Source: Candidatus Woesearchaeota archaeon
GTDB lineage: Archaea > Nanobdellota > Nanobdellia > Pacearchaeales > GW2011-AR1
Length of the DNA stretch: 64,000 nucleotides
Assembly: GCA_964518625.1 (NCBI GenBank)
Contig: CAZFHC010000002.1
Span: forward strand, 176-64,175
Direction of reading: 5' to 3'
Shown here: in pieces, positions 62,580-64,000 of the stretch
Layout of the letters: each line of letters starts with the position of its first letter
Position numbering within the stretch: position 1 is the first letter of the stretch
Translations under genes and position numbers: made by a program
Notes under the pieces: generated by a model
Databases searched by the model: none
What the model was told of the DNA's origin: nothing
The model's input: the letters and a program-made list of their open reading frames with translations, nothing else

Positions 62580-63716
62580 ATGGAAATATATTTAGATAAT
62601 GCCGCAACAACAAGAATAGAGCAAGTAGTCCTAGATGAAATTAATGAATTCTCAAACAAATTTGCAAATCCATCATCACAATATAGATTAGCATTGAATA
62701 CAAAAAAAGAAATTGAAGAAGCACGAGAAAAAATTGCAAAATTTATTAATGCCGAACCAGAAGAAATCATATTTACAAGTGGAGCAACAGAAAGTAACAA
62801 TTTTGCCCTAAAAGGTTTAGCATTAGCAAATCCAACAAAAAAACATATAATAACATCAAAAATAGAACATCCAGCAATAATTCAAACATGTAAAGCATTA
62901 GAAAGTCAAGGATACAAAGTTGATTATATAAATGTAAATGAAGAGGGAATCGTTAACGTAGAAAAAATAAAACAAAAGATAACACCAGATACGTTAGTTG
63001 TAAGTATAATGCATGTAAATAATGAAATAGGAACAATACAGCCAATAGAGCACATTGCAGCAATCTGTAAACAAAAGAATGTTTATTTTCATACGGATGC
63101 AGTTCAAAGTTTTAGAAAAATAGATTTAGATGTAAAAGAAAAAAATATAGACTTAATGAGCGTGTCAGGACATAAAATAAACACACCCAAAGGAATAGGA
63201 ATATTGTATATTAAAATTGGTACAAGAATAAAACCTCTAATTAATGGAGGAGGTCAAGAATTTAAGCTAAGAGCAGGAACTGAAAATACAATAGGAATAA
63301 AATCGATAGCAAAAGCGATTGAAATTCCTCAAGGAAAAAAGAAAATGTTGGAGTTAAGGAATTACATGATAGAAGAACTTTTAAAAATTAAAGGAACAAA
63401 ACTCAATGGTTCAAGATCAGATAGAATTTATAACAATATCAATATTTCATTCTATGGAATAGAAGGAGAAAGTCTAATGCTTTTACTTGACGATGAAGGA
63501 ATATACGTTTCAACTGGCTCTGCATGCTCATCTCACTCATTAGAAGAAAGCCATGTACTAAAAGCAATCAATGTTCCAGAATTATATATTCACGGAAGTA
63601 TTAGGATAACTATCTCAAATGATACAACAAAAGAGCAAATTGACACAGTCATAGAAAAACTAAAAGAAAAAGTTGAAAAACTACGACAAATAAGCCCATT
63701 TAAATTGGAGGATTAA
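62580..63716 (+). CDS. iscS: cysteine desulfurase (NifS/IscS, class V aminotransferase)
   Basis: ATG 62580. MEIYLDNAATTR.., PLP Lys in SVSGHKINTPKGIG, active-site Cys in STGSACSSHSLEESHVL. Confidence 0.92.
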   Translation: MEIYLDNAATTRIEQVVLDEINEFSNKFANPSSQYRLALNTKKEIEEAREKIAKFINAEPEEIIFTSGATESNNFALKGLALANPTKKHIITSKIEHPAIIQTCKALESQGYKVDYINVNEEGIVNVEKIKQKITPDTLVVSIMHVNNEIGTIQPIEHIAAICKQKNVYFHTDAVQSFRKIDLDVKEKNIDLMSVSGHKINTPKGIGILYIKIGTRIKPLINGGGQEFKLRAGTENTIGIKSIAKAIEIPQGKKKMLELRNYMIEELLKIKGTKLNGSRSDRIYNNINISFYGIEGESLMLLLDDEGIYVSTGSACSSHSLEESHVLKAINVPELYIHGSIRITISNDTTKEQIDTVIEKLKEKVEKLRQISPFKLED

Positions 63717-63720
63717 AAAA

Positions 63721-63927
63721 ATGAAAAAGATAACAAAAGATATGACATTCGCAGAAATATTTAAAGAGAATTCTAATTCAGGTCTTATTCTAATGCAAAA
63801 AGGTCTAATGTGTGGTGGATGTCCAATGGCACAAATGGAAACACTAGAGCAAGGATGTATAGGTCATGGGATAGATGTAAAAGAAATATTAGAAGAGCTA
63901 AATAAACCAGAAAAGAAAGATGAGTAA
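63721..63927 (+). CDS. DUF1858-type small redox/disulfide protein
   Basis: ..ITKDMTFAEIF......LMQKGLMCGGCPMAQMETLEQGCIGHGIDVKEILEELN matches the DUF1858 pattern. Confidence 0.75.
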   Translation: MKKITKDMTFAEIFKENSNSGLILMQKGLMCGGCPMAQMETLEQGCIGHGIDVKEILEELNKPEKKDE

Positions 63928-64000
63928 TACAAACTATAATGAAACAGTAAGAGATCATTTTTTACATCCAAGGAACCAAGGAAAAATTGAAAATCCAGAT
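63920..64000 (+). CDS. iscU: Fe-S cluster scaffold IscU/NifU N-terminal domain, 5' part only (runs off window)
   Basis: MSNTNYNETVRDHFLHPRNQGKIENPD is the typical IscU start (Y...V.DHF..PRN.G). Overlaps the upstream stop by 8 nt. Confidence 0.75.
   Translation, partial: MSNTNYNETVRDHFLHPRNQGKIENPD

Overview
This is a strongly AT-rich, very gene-dense archaeal chromosome segment dominated by information-processing genes. Archaeal identity is directly supported by archaea/eukaryote-specific ribosomal proteins (L21e, L18e, S4e, L32e, L19e, S24e, S27ae), RNA polymerase subunits Rpo3/4/7/10, Spt4, TFS, aRF1, RadB, aSUI1, an SRP RNA and class III signal-peptide pilins. The small proteins, tight spacing and surface/attachment genes suggest a small-genome DPANN-like lineage, but that is inference only. 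Main blocks, left to right: (1) MacB/FtsX ABC exporter plus a type IV pilus-like module (0.3-7.5 kb); (2) the L21e-RpoF-DUF655-S13-S4-S11-RpoD-L18e-L13-S9 cluster (7.9-12.4 kb); (3) a small accessory patch with a recombinase-domain protein lacking a catalytic domain and a decayed acyltransferase (12.4-14.5 kb); (4) topA, radB, scpA; (5) Rpo7-Spt4-S24e-S27ae; (6) RNase Z, tRNAs and SRP RNA (23-24.8 kb); (7) an ABC-2 transporter; (8) AMP phosphorylase; (9) a 23-gene L3...L15 ribosomal operon (31.6-42.8 kb); (10) PPDK, MetRS, aRF1, tRNA-His+HisRS, 5S rRNA, TFS, Rpo10, SerRS and FtsZ; (11) a ferredoxin/ArsR/NifS/DUF1858/IscU module at the right edge. I found nine tRNA genes, one 5S rRNA and one SRP RNA by eye. 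I saw no CRISPR array, no intact mobile element and no recognisable defence system, so I cannot point to a clear new multi-gene system. The most unusual observations are these. (a) Perfect duplications of the 5' ends of tRNA-Cys and tRNA-Ser(CGA) lie just upstream of the intact genes, the Cys copy with its own TATA-like box. (b) tRNA-His ends 11 nt before the hisS start codon on the same strand. (c) Three tRNAs have a non-canonical T-loop (C at position 55). (d) A Zn-ribbon plus recombinase-domain protein without a catalytic domain sits exactly where conserved r-protein/RNAP synteny breaks. (e) The pilus module has no adjacent platform gene. (f) Two genes are broken by single-base deficits, three of the four lesions next to or inside homopolymer runs; this could be decay, slippage or sequencing error. 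(g) A divergently transcribed pair of unrecognisable paralogues. (h) A perfect 18-bp x4 repeat forms the C-terminus of L15. All family assignments come from motif recognition and gene order, not from database searches.
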